Part shown: positions 52,301 to 64,000 of the stretch, piece by piece
Layout: the number at the start of each line of letters is the position of its first letter
Position numbering within the stretch: position 1 is the first letter of the stretch
Translations under genes and position numbers: made by a program
The notes under the pieces: model-generated
Databases searched by the model: none
Seen by the model: only the letters and a program-made list of their open reading frames with translations
What the model was told of the DNA's origin: nothing
Source: Mobula hypostoma
Lineage: Eukaryota
DNA length: 64,000 bases
Direction of reading: 5' to 3'
NCBI RefSeq assembly: GCF_963921235.1
Contig: NC_086097.1
Location: 36,830,001-36,894,000, forward strand

Positions 52301-53200
52301 AATCCGTGGCTATTTTTATGGACACCTGATCTGGTTTAGAAACAGGAAATGTTGAAAACACAAAGTAGGTCAAGCCGCATCGGTGGAAAGAGAAGTAGTT
52401 AATACTTCAGGGCAACAATCCTTTATAAGAGGATTTCTGATGAAAACTGCTTGACCTGAAACATGGACTGTTTTTTACCCCGCACAAATTCTGCCTGACC
52501 TGCTGACTGTTTCTAGCATCTTCTGTTTTTATTTCTGTGGAAAAACATTTACTGTTTTATATCCGGGATCTTTCATCAGAAAGCAGACGTCAGGTTTCCA
52601 GCATCTGCAGTTTTTTTTTACTTTAAGGCTGTTTTTGACAACTTTTGACGGAATTCTTTTGGTTTGAAAAACGTGAGAACGACTTGCTTTTCTATTTAAG
52701 CATACATGAGACCACTTATTTTCACCTGACCTGTTGGCTGAGTGTCCAGTTAAATGTCATAACTACTGGCATTAGCCTTCAATGCACTTCTTAGATAACA
52801 ACTCAGACATTCAGAAGTTTAAATCAATCCACAATTTTCCCCTTGCTGCAAATGAATCTGAAGTTATTACAAAGGAGGAATACTGCTGGAAGTAAGAAAT
52901 AAACATTAAAACTTACAAGCTGTACCAAAACAGGATAATCATTTACAATCAGTGCAGTCAGAATAACACTGAAGTGAAGATACTATGTAAGCCATTTACT
53001 GGGTCTACAACCATTCTCTTCAATCACACAGTGATCTGGTTTTACATCAAAAATAGGAGCAGAAAAAGGCCACCTCTCCTGTTGAGCCCATTGTGCTGGT
53101 CAATAAGGTCATGACTGATCTGGCCGTGGTTTCACCCATCTGCCTTTCCACCATAATATTGATTCCCTGGTTATGCAAACATCTATCGGTGTCTTAACTG

Positions 53201-54355
53201 CACTCAGTGGCCACTTTATTAGGTACACCTACTTGCTAATGCAAATATCTAATCAGCCAATCCTGTGACAGCAACTGAGTGCATAAAAACATGCAGATAT
53301 GGTCAAGAGGTCCAGTTGTATGGCACTGACTTGGACCATGGGAGGATAGGGGAATGTCTACAGGGAACCCATCGCCATATAGCCTTAGGGCAGATACCTT
53401 GAATACTGGACTCTCCTCCTCCCTGCCACTCACCAAGCCTGTTCAGGGAATCCCTTATAGAACACTACAGCATAGTACAGGCCCTTGGACCCATGGTGTT
53501 GTGCTGATATTTTAACCTATCTCAAGATATTTTCGGGAGAATGAGGGGAGATCTCAAAGAAACATTCCAAATGTTAAAAGGTCTGAACAGATTAGATGTG
53601 GCAAAGGTATTTCCCATGGTAGGGGATTCTAGGACAAGTGGGCATGACTTCAGGATTGAAGGACATCCTTTTAGAACTGAGATGTGGAGAAATTACATTA
53701 GTCAGAGGGTGGTAAATCTGTGGAATTTGTTGCCACGAGTGGCTGTGGAGGCCAATCATTGGGTATATTTAAGGCAGAGATAGATAGGTTCTTGATTAGC
53801 CAGGGCATCAAAGGATATGGGGTGAAAGCAGGGGAGTGAGGATGACTGGATGAGGTGGATCAGCCCATGATTGAATGGTGGAGCAGACTCGATGGGCCAA
53901 ATGGCCTACTTCTGCTCCTAAATCGTATGATCCTATGGTCTTGTTCTTCAGACCAAACATCAGAATGGGGAAGAAATGTGATCTAAATGACTGACCGTGG
54001 AATGATTGAGGTGTCATTTGAGTATCTCAGGAAGTGGTGATTTCCAGGGATTTTCACGCACAACAGTCTCCAGTGTTTACAGAGAATAGTGCAAAAAAGA
54101 AACATCCAGTGCAGGGCAGTTCTCTTGGCAAAAATCTCTTGTTAATGAGAGAGGTCAGAGGAGAATGGCTAGACTAATTTGAGAGGAAGGTTACAGTAAC
54201 TCAAATAACTACACGTTACAAAAATGGTGTGCAGAAGAGCACCTCTGAACACACAACACATTGAACCTTGAAGTGAATGGGTTATAGCTGAAGACGACCA
54301 CGGGATACACTCAGTGACCACTTAATGAGGTACCTAGTAACAAGGTGACTGAGTG
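53201..54355 (+). mobile_element. Internally deleted Tc1 element, itself interrupted (about 53320-53940)
   Basis: TIR cactcagtggccactttattaggtac; transposase N-terminus MGKKCDL...GFSRTTVS.VYRE...VNERGQRRMARL; right end gactgagtg followed by TA. Confidence 0.85.
53538..53940 (+). mobile_element. CR1 3' end nested inside Tc1
   Basis: ORF MRGDLKETFQMLKGL...SQRVVNLWNLLP and CR1 3' UTR. Confidence 0.9.
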
Positions 54356-56109
54356 TACATTTAACGAGTCAGCATCTACTGCCTCTCTGAGCAGAGAATT
54401 CCACAGATTCACTACTCTCGGGGGGGAAAACAGTTTCTCCTTATCTCTGCCCTAAATCTATTCCCTCGAATGTCCCCTAGTTTTAGTTTCTAGTGGAAAC
54501 AATTTTCCTGCCTCTATCTTATTTATCCCTTTCATAATTGTATGTGATTCTATTAGAGCCTCTCTCATCCTTCTGAATTCCAGTGAGTATAGTCCCAGGT
54601 GATTCAATCTCCCATCTCTAAAATTAACCTTGTGAATTTCCTCTGTACTGCTTCCAAACCCAGGATATCTTTCATCAAGTAATGGGACTAGAATGGTACA
54701 CAGTACTCAACGTGTGGCCTCACCAGTACCCAGTATGGTTGCGGCATAACCTCCCTGCTCTTAAATTCAATTCCTCTAGCAGTGAAGGTCAAAATTCCAT
54801 TTGCCTTCTTGATAACCTGTTGCATCTGTAAACCAACCTTTTACGATTTATGCACAAACACCCCCAAATCCTTCCGCACAGCAGCATGCTGCAATCTTAC
54901 ACTATTTAAATAATAATCTGAATCTATATCTCTCTTCAGACTCTCCACATCTTTTGTACAATTTGCTTTTCCGCTCAATTTAGTGTCATCAGCAAACTGG
55001 TTTTGGCCTAGTTATGTTTCCTCAGGATTTAGCGGATTACCCATTTCCACATTACTCTTAATCCTCCCAGCTGCAAGGCCGAGCAGTTGATTTCCGCCTG
55101 TGAGTGATCTCTCTCCCCTTTGCCCTGCCAACCTGTGAGGTTCCTGGGATTTTCTTCATGGCTCTTGCTTTCTGCTCCACAAACTCCCAGTAGACTACAA
55201 AGTCATTATTTACTTTGCTAGCTGCCCCTCGCCAAATTGACTTTCTTTTCGCCCTGTGGTCATTTTGTTTTTCCTTTTTCAAACAGTTAGTCCTTTTTCT
55301 TTTTAAAAATCTCTCCTAGGAGAACAAAAAATTCTTCGAACTTTGAACACAATTCCCCTCGTCCCTAAGATGGGTGGCTTACATGTTTGTTACAATTTAC
55401 ATTCATTCCATAAGCTTGGTATTTTTCCCATGACATTTTCCTGTCTACAGCCCCTTCAAAATTGCTGAATCTGCAAAACAAAATTCTGTTGATGCAGCAG
55501 AAGTATTCTGCTGTTTCACGGTATAACGAACACAACCAGAGTTGCCTGCTTTCTATTCATATCCTCGTGGCTTACTTCATGGCACAAGCCTGCCGAAAAG
55601 AGCCCATGGTCTAATGTTGAACAAATTTAGTGTCTTCTTCTCAAAGTTGGAACAAACTGTGATGGCATTGCGTTCACTGTCCGCAAAGCCCTAAATTCAA
55701 AAAAAGATTTTAAGCCCTATCCAATATGGGTATCAACATGTACCCTCACTACGGGGAGATTATATTGTATTAGTCATCCTACTGGTCAAATATTAGCTTA
55801 CTTTCCTGTCCCTGTGGCAAGGTCTAGCTGCCAATATACACTACTCGAGTGGTGGGTCTATCCTCCCTACAAAGGAGGGGATACTTCCAGCAAAGAAAAT
55901 AGTTCAAACACAGTTTATTTTATTTTTACTGACATAGGTTAATTTTAGACAAGTAGTTCTTAACAACATCTAAAACTCAGAGGATTTCTGATCTATAAAA
56001 GATTTCCAAATTACAAAAGGTTTATAAGCTACAAAGGATTTCCAAATATAAGTGAAATACTTCTGAACTGAAAGAACACACCAACGAGTTGCAGGTGAAT
56101 GAGTCGTCT

Positions 56110-56665
56110 GCCACACCTGGAGTATTGTGTGCAGTTTTGGTCTCCAAATTTGAGGAAGGACATTCTTGCTATTGAGGGAGTGCAGCGTAGGTTCACGAGG
56201 TTAATTCCCGGGATGGCGGCACTGTCATACGTTGAAAGCTTGGAGCGACTGGGCTTGTATACACTGGAATTTAGAGGGATGAGAGGGGATCTGATTGAAA
56301 CATATAAGATTATTAAGGGATTGGACATGCTAGAGGCAGGAAACATGTTCCCGATGTTGGGGGAGTCCAGAACCAGAGGACACAGTTTAAGAATAAGGGG
56401 TGGGCCAATTAGAACGGAGTTGAGGAAAAACTTTTTCACCCAGAGTTGTGGATCTATGGAATACTCTGCCTCAGAAGGCAGTGGAGGCTAATTCTCTGGA
56501 TGCTTTCAAGAAAGAGTTAGATAGCGCTCTTAAAGATAGTGGAGTCAAGGGATATGGGGAGAAGGCAAGAACTGGATACTGATTGTAGATGATCAGCCAT
56601 GATCACAGTGAATGGCGGTGCTGGCTCAAAGGGCCGAATGGCCTACCCCTGCACCTATTGTCTAT
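56110..56665 (+). mobile_element. 5'-truncated CR1 LINE
   Basis: PHLEYCVQFWSPNLRKDILAIEGVQRRFTRLIPG...KNFFTQ; tail cctattgtctata. Confidence 0.95.
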
Positions 56666-58623
56666 AAACTGAAGGTTAAGGAATGAATTCTTGAGCTCTC
56701 CTTTCTGTCACCCTGTCTTTCTGTCGTTGTCCTTATCATTCCTAGCATTCTCCAATGTTTTCTAACACATAGTAACAGTGGGGATTATTACCTCTACTGG
56801 GACAAAGTAATTCACATAGATGGTCTAAAAGCTTCTGGGGACAGTAATCCGAGGCACCCAAAATTAATGCTGTGAGGGCTGATTCTGAGTACAAAAATAT
56901 CCCAACTTTTGATTGATTCACTAAACCTGTGACCATGTTTGTTGTGCTAAGTGACAAAATCAGTCTGCTCTGAACTCAGTCCCAATGGTGCAAATAATTT
57001 AGCCAGTGCTATCTTGTTTGATGCAATTAACATTGCCTTACCTTGATTAACCATGAGCTGCCATGATCTCACTGTTTACTTGTTTACAAGGAGCTGAGTA
57101 AGCAACATTTGTTGGAAGTTTAACTTCATTACAGCCAGTTCTGAGCCTTTGGAAAGGCAATGCTGCTATGCTAGAAAGCTGAGGTTCGCAATAAGCCTGC
57201 TGGGGCCTGGAAGGTGAGTATCTGTCACAAAACTGACCACCACATTTACCGCATTACAATAGCAGCTGCATTCCAAAAGGATATATCCTTTGAACGTTGA
57301 GCCTTCTCGGAAAAACAAAGCATTTCCAAGTGTTGAATAATTCCAAATCTTTATCTCTCTTACAGAGCAAGGTTATTGATGGTACCATCTGCTCTAAGAC
57401 TTAAATAGAAAGAAGAAAGAAAAAGTGACTGAAAAAAATTTTCAAGTGATGGCAAATATTTAGTGGAAATACAGTTGTTTTCTGCGTGGATTACAATTGT
57501 TAAAGTGTCTTTGAAGAGTGCATGGAAATGTAATTTTCATCAGAAATTTACTTTGCAGCAAAGGCCAGGAAATAGATGAGGCGCACAGCTTTCTGATTTA
57601 TTAAAGTACAGCTCATTGGTTAATAGTGGAGCTCAGCCAGACAGTTTTCCACTTGCAGTGGTGATATTTACTCTGGCTTGGAGTTCTGTAAATCGTAGCC
57701 ACGACATCAGTATTTTTCCATTCTGCCATGTTCATTCATTTTCCTTATTGTTTTTCCACACTATTTTATTGCTTTTTAAGTTTCCATTATCTCTCTGAAA
57801 TTCATTAGATGCTGTACCCATTGACCTATTCTTGCTTTCTGAACCTTGCCTCTTTGTATTAAAGAGCTCGCCTCTTTTCTGTTTGTTTTGAAGTTTGAAA
57901 TTTTCACCAAACACATTTCAGAAATCTTAAAACAAAGCTAGAAATAATAATTACCAAAACAGACAACTGATGTCATAATATTAGACATATTGAAAACTAC
58001 ACTGCGAGCAGTCCAGCTTCCCCTGAGAATGTTTTTAGCTGAAGATTAAATCACGCGGAAGCTTGTTCAGCAGAATGTTATATTTGTCATTCAAGGTTCT
58101 ATGCATTGTACCACAGTGGTCTCTCTTGAGAGGTTAACATCGTGGTAAAAAACTTCTTCAAAACTCCTACGTACAGTACATTAAAATTATCGGCATCCAG
58201 AGGGAGGTGTTCAGCCTCCTCCTAGATCTGATGTGGGATCGCTCAGTCAAAATTGCAGGAAGCAGGATATTTTGATGTGTAATTTTTCAAAGAGGGAGCA
58301 TGACCTATGACCCTCCACCCTTCTCCTAGAAAGAGCCTATAACTCTCCTTATGAGTTTTGCTTGTCACACTGATTGGCATATATAGTTGTTCAAACCAGA
58401 AGTAGAAGCAGTGCAGAGAGACAATTTGTCAATTCCAGACATAAAGCTGACTGAAAGAGCTGTGGAAATTTAGGCAACTGGAATCATACTGGATCATCTC
58501 TATTCCTGGAGGTCTTTTAAAATCAAAGGTGCTATTTCTTTCACTCTCTGCAGCCCTCCCATCTCAACAAAATTAGGCCTAAGGCCTGATATTAAGGTTT
58601 TATCAGGCCCATCAGTCTCAGCA

Positions 58624-60316
58624 GCTTGAAATAGCAGGGGACAGAGGGTCCAGTGAGATGGAGGAACTGAGCGAAATACATGTTAGTAGGGAAGTGGTGT
58701 TAGGTAAATTGAAGGGATTGAAGGCAGATAAATCCCCAGGGCCAGATGGTCTGCATCCTAGAGTGCTTAAGGAAGTAGCCCAAGAAATAGTGGATGCATT
58801 AGTGATAATTTTTCAAAACTCGTTAGATTCTGGACTAGTTCCTGAGGATTGGAGGGTGGCTAATGTAACTCCACTTTTTAAAAAAGGAGGGAGAGAGAAA
58901 CTGGGGAATTATAGACCGGTTAGCCTAACGTTGATGGTGGGGAAACTGCTGGCGTCAGTTATCAAGGATGTGATAACAGCACATTTGGAAAGCGGTGAAA
59001 TCATCGGACAAAGTCAGCATGGATTTGTGAAAGGAAAATCATGTCTGACGAATCTCATAGAATTTTTTGAGGATGTAACTAGTAGAGTGGATGGGGAGAA
59101 CCAGTGGATGTGGTATATTTGGATTTTCAAAAGGCTTTTGACAAGGTCCCACACAGGAGATTACTGTGCAAACTTAAAGCACACGGTATTGGGGGTAAGG
59201 TATTGGTGTGGGTGGAGAATTGGTTAGCAGACAGGAAGCAAAGAGTGGGAATAAACGGGCCCTTTTCAGAATGGCAGGCGGTGACTAATGGGGTACCGCA
59301 AGGCTCAGTGCTGGGACCCCAGTTGTTTACAATATATATTAATGACTTGGATGAGGGAATTGAATGCAGCATCTCCAAGTTTGCGGATGACACGAAGCTG
59401 GGTGGCAGTGTTAGCTGTGAGGAGGATGCTAAGAGGATGCAGGGTGACTTGGATAGGTTGGGTGAGTGGGCAAATTCATGGCAGATGCAATTTAATGTGG
59501 ATAAATGTGAAGTTATCCACTTTGGTGGCAAAAATAGGAAAACAGATTATTATCTGAATGGTGGCCGATTAGGAAAAGGGGAGGTGCAACGAGACCTGGG
59601 TGTCATTATACACCAGTCATTGAAAGTGGGCATGCAGGTACAGCAGGCGGTGAAAAAGGCGAATGGTATGCTGGCATTTATAGCGAGAGGATTCGAGTAC
59701 AGGAGCAGGGAGGTACTACTGCAGTTGTACAAGGCCTTGGTGAGACCACACCTGGAGTATTGTGTGCAGTTTTGGTCCCCTAATCTGAGGAAAGACATCC
59801 TTGCCAAAGAGGGAGTACAAAGAAGGTTCACCAGATTGATTCCTGGGATGGCAGGACTTTCATATGAAGAAAGACTGGATGAACTGGGCTTGTACTCGTT
59901 GGAATTTAGAAGATTGAGGGGGGATCTGATTGAAACATATAAAATCCTAAAGGGATTGGACAGGCTAGATGCAGGAAGATTGTTCCCGATGTTGGGGAAG
60001 TCCAGAACAAGGGGCCACAGTTTGAGGATAGAGGGGAAGCCTTTTAGGACCGAGATTAGGAAAAACTTCTTCACACAGAGAGTGGTGAATCTGTGGAATT
60101 CTCTGCCACAGGAAACAGTTGAGGCCAGTTCATTGGCTATATTTAAGAGAGAGTTAGATATGGCCCTTGTGGCTACGGGGGTCAGGGGGTATGGAGGGAA
60201 GGCTGGGGTGGGGTTCTGAGTTGGATGATCAGCCATGATCATAATAAATGGCGGTGCAGGCTCGAAAGGCCGAATGGCCTACTCCTGCACCTATTTTCTA
60301 TGTTTCTATGTTTCTA
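58624..60316 (+). mobile_element. Young 5'-truncated CR1 LINE; RT open except for one frameshift near 59090-59100
   Basis: ORFs 58658..59227 and 59104..60219: KSPGPDG, NYRPVSLT, SQHGF, YLDFQKAFDKVPH, GVPQGSVLGP, SKFADDTKL; (TTTCTATG)n tail. Confidence 0.97.
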
Positions 60317-61904
60317 TACCTTCCCTGCCTACTTGAAATTAGCCCTACCCACACCTTTTAGGGCTGACACAGAAATTTGGAGAGATATTAAAATCTACTT
60401 TCATTAATATGGAAATAGTAGGCAATAAGATCCCTCCTTCACGTTCATGCTGCCCGGAGCATTATGGTTTACATTTCTCATCTAGCTCTGAAAGTCTTCT
60501 GAATAACTGAAGAATTAAGAACTATTCTTGCATCTCACTGAACCATTAACATGGCTGCAATATCACACAGTATGGAAGGGGTCAAAGCCAAGTTTCTTGC
60601 AAACAATTACATTGAATTATTTTCAATGCAGTAATTTGTATTAAGTAGATGAATTAAGGCATAATTTGGCACGTAGCGTGACCCACAAGTAGAAACTTTG
60701 GCCAGTTTTTGCTGGTCCCAGCGTACTGCCCGAGATCACCACATTGATCAGGGTCAGATATGGAGGCTCAAACTCGCAGGTCTTTCTGCGTCTTTGTGTC
60801 TGGTGGCAAGATGGCAAAGCTCATGAGGTCGCAACCCTAAATTGACATTGACCAACCTTTAACTGGAAATAAATCTGTAGACAAAGATTGCCTATTGATT
60901 TCAGCCATTTTAAAAATCTCTAACAGATTGGAATGCTATTAAGATTGAAACAATTTTTTTTAAAAAAGCAAATTAAAACACACTAAAACACGTAACAACT
61001 GTAGCAAAACAATTTAAAAACAGATACTTCCTCTCCCTTTGCATCCTAGCCTGGAATTCTAAACTACCTGTCAAGTCTGACTGGTGCAGGATCTGAAGCA
61101 ATTCACAGTATAATTCTGGAAAATTGGAGCAAGGCTGCAACCGTGCCCTGGATTCCAATTCCAATAGCAGGGCAAGCTTGCCAATTCATCCTTCTGAGCC
61201 GGAATTCACATCTCATGTGTAAGCTGGGATTTACTTCAGTTCGAGGAAATGAGCATCATTCAGCCCGAGATGAATGAGCAGCTTGTTACTGGTGTTCATC
61301 TATTTAGTCTATTTGAATTTTTAATATTTTCCTAATATTTTCTCAATATTTGTTTTTATTTCACTTCAGTCATATATACTTGCTAATTCAACTCTGTGAA
61401 AAGATCACTTACCGAGTTAGAGAAAGATACTTATTTTTATATCCATCTGACTCCAACACTCAAAGAATATCTTTGTGCTAAAGAAAGATAAACGTACTTG
61501 GTGAATGGTTCCGGGACGCAAACTGCAGGGAGACACCAGGACCAGTGATGTGCTTTTGAACCAAGATTATTGTTTCCATAGCTGGGTATAATGACCCATT
61601 TATCGTCACATTAGTGTTAAAATATTACTCTTAAAATCATGTTCCAGGGAGGAGATTGTTCTTGTGTCTGTTGTCACAAATCACATTTAAGAGTTTCTAT
61701 GTTATCTATGGCCACTTACAAGTCCACAGGCAGAGTGAATTCTCCATGTAGTATCAAACACTGCAGCCTTGCTCTTCCTCAAGAACAGTCCTTCCTAATA
61801 AAGGATTCTCTTAGTACAGTTTGCAGTGTTAGCACTTTAAAATAGTGATGCTGGGTTAGACAGTTGAATTAAAACTGGTTGAATTTTAAAACTATACACC
61901 AGAA

Positions 61905-62585
61905 TCAGGTTAACTATTGAATGATCTTTATTGTCATTATACAATGAAACTTTGTTTGGCTTCCTCTCAAGCAATTAAATAAAGCGGTAGATAAAAACAA
62001 GACAGTAATAGAAAAACAGTAGTAAATCGATAAGTAGCAGAAAATAAGTTGCAGCAGCACCAGAATATCACAGTAATGCACAAAGTGCCGTTAGTACAAG
62101 TACTTAAGTCCTTGTGTGTGCATGTGTGTGCTCACAGTTTCAGTCGTTGTTCTGTGGGAGTGGTGTGATGGAGGCCACAGCTCTGGGATAGAAGCTGTTC
62201 CTCAGTCTATTTGTTCTGGTTTTTAGTGTCCTGAACCTTTTGCTGGACGGCAGCGGGTCAGACAGGGAGTGGCTGGGGTGTGTGGTGTCTCTTCCAATGC
62301 CCATTTAGAAGTTGGAAGCTGTTCCTGAATCATTCAGTGGGTGCCTTCAGGCTTTTATCACTCCTGCCTGATGGTAAAAGTGAGAACAAGACATGGCCTG
62401 GCTGATAGGGGTCCTTAAAGTTGGACGCTGCCTTTTTGAGGCATCGCTCCTTGAAGATGTCCTGGATACTACAAAGACCAGTACCCATGATGGAGCTGGC
62501 TAATTTTATAACTCTCTGCAGCTTACTTCGGTCTGGCCCCCTCCCCCCACTCCCTGTCATACCAGACGGTGATGCAGCCAGTTTC
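61905..62585 (-). mobile_element. Rex1-type LINE 3' fragments
   Basis: ORF 62330..62560 DRSKLQRVIKLASSIMG...KDPYQPGHVLFSLLPSGR; tail atgacaataaa on the minus strand. Confidence 0.8.
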
Positions 62586-62667
62586 TCTCATGTCTGCATT
62601 TTCACAAACAAATGAACATAGGAACAAAATTTACACATTCAACATTCCAGTCTGCTCTGCATTCAGC

Positions 62668-62737
62668 CAGCCTGGGGTCCATGGACCACTTGATTAATGG
62701 ATTTGGTCCATGGCATAAAAAAGGTTGGGAACCCCTG
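62668..62737. mobile_element. hAT MITE, left end degraded
   Basis: Ends ggtccatggcataaaaaaggttgggaacccctg, as at 21669-21720. Confidence 0.6.
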
Positions 62738-63233
62738 AGCTAGATCATGGTTATTTCATGTCTTATCTTCTTTATGCCATAAAACTTGATGTTCTTGTCT
62801 AATTGAATCTCAGACCTGAAAAAGAACAGTTTGACTCAGAAACAACAATAACATTGGGGGAGCAAATATCAAATGTCCCACCTCCTTTGTGTGAAAATTG
62901 CTTTTTTGTTTCACTACCAAATTGATCAAGCTCCAGATTTTCTGATAGTGGATTCTCCACCTGAGAATATAGTTTCTCTGTATGTACCCAATTTATTTCC
63001 TTTACCATTTTAAAGACATCAAATCAATAATCTGAGTTTTGTAACTTGAACTTCTAAAACCAGGTAATTCTTCTGGTGAATCCACATTACACTCCCTCAG
63101 GGCTAATGTGGCCTTCCAGAGCTTCAGAGACTAAAACTGAATTCAGCACTCCAGATGAGGTAAGACAATATTCTGTACAAATGAAGCATAGTGGGATATT
63201 GGGAATCACAGAAGTGAGGAACCTAGGAATGCA

Positions 63234-63365
63234 AACATGAGGAAATCTGCAGATGCTGAGAATTGAAGCAACACACACAAAATGCTGGTGGAACACAGCA
63301 GGCCAGGCAGCATCTATAGGAAGAGGTACAGTCGATGTTTCGGGCCGAGGTCCTTCATCAGGACT
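63234..63365 (-). mobile_element. 132-bp Penelope-derived element
   Basis: Perfect 14-bp TSD aacctaggaatgca (63220-63233/63366-63379); reverse homolog of 41687-41820. Confidence 0.85.
63330..63365 (-). ncRNA. Minimal type-I hammerhead ribozyme motif (Penelope-associated)
   Basis: Minus strand AGUC-CUGAUGA-AGGACCUCGGCCC-GAAA-CA-UC-GACU: intact core boxes and 4-bp stem I. Confidence 0.65.
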
Positions 63366-64000
63366 AACCTAGGAATGCATGTTTTTTTAAAAAAAGGACA
63401 AAGGAAACCAAATGCACAATTTTACAATTACACAAGGGCAAGACAGGATGAAGGAGAACTTCTTCTCTTAATAGTAAAATATTAACTAGATTTAATGCGA
63501 CAAGTTGAAGGATCGAGGGGAGATAAAGAAACATGTTTTCACCCAAGGACTTCAGTGCCAGAAGGAAGGCAAAAGTAGGTTCCATTTAATTTCCTCGACC
63601 TGCTGTGACCTACAAGGCTGCAGACTGACAAATAAAAAGTGGTGTTTTATCTAATGTTGGCACAATGAGTTGAATGACCTCCTTCTCCACTGTACATTTC
63701 AAAGATTTTACAAAACTAAGGCCAACATTCCAGTTGCTTTCCTGGTTATGCCAAACACAGCAGTAGGACTTTGGCCAGCTTCTGTATTTCCATCTAATCT
63801 GTTTTCAAGTTCACTTGGGGCAAGGCAAGGATCTGAGAAAGTTTATTTAATATAGTGCTCCCTGTTTATTGAACTTTGACCTTCCCAGTAAGTGAAATAG
63901 TTCCTTCCTTTCCACCCTGTCCAGAAGCTTCGCTTCCTCTCAATTAGCTCTCACCTCATCCTCACCTAATCTAAAGAAATTATATGGCCCTGTTCAGAGT

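Larger units (their letters stand above)
53050..55000 (-). mobile_element. Old CR1 3' part split by a Tc1 insertion
   Basis: Minus strand FADDTKL (about 54975-54995), LVRPHVEYCVPF-like and VNLWNSL motifs; tail at 53050-53199. Confidence 0.75.

Noticed and set aside
57135..57213. Plus-strand 79-bp exon-like segment (ttacag ... aag|gtgagt)
   Set aside because: The single open frame gives an unrecognisable peptide and no partner exons were found; such sites arise by chance in 64 kb
59550..60242. 230-aa minus-strand ORF (also 59127..59531 and 56029..56439)
   Set aside because: Antisense shadow of the CR1 RT; no independent protein features
1..64000. CRISPR arrays, rRNA, operons, viral or LTR-element genes
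   Set aside because: None seen; the window is vertebrate-type repeat-rich DNA

Overview
This is eukaryotic, AT-rich, repeat-dense DNA. The repeat mix (CR1 LINEs, Rex1/Babar LINEs, HE1-like V-SINEs, Penelope-derived short repeats, RTE-derived non-autonomous elements, Tc1 and hAT relics) suggests a cartilaginous fish, probably a ray; this is inference. I recognise no host protein-coding exon, so the window looks intergenic or deep-intronic. Every ORF I can identify is transposon-derived (CR1 ORF1 esterase, ORF2 endonuclease and RT; Rex1 RT; Penelope GIY-YIG; Tc1 transposase). The most interesting signals are RNA structures carried by short retroposons. (i) An HDV-like ribozyme fold sits at the 5' end of an RTE-derived non-autonomous element and has an atypical hairpin inserted in loop L3 (3429-3616; decayed second copy at 20349-20525). 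(ii) Several minimal type-I hammerhead motifs occur in Penelope-derived elements, including a 132-bp TSD-flanked element that begins at the hammerhead. Other notable items are a twin-priming-like inversion, a 45-bp target duplication around a CR1, and several nested insertions. Family names come from my recall of motifs, not database searches. Repeat boundaries without TSDs are approximate.
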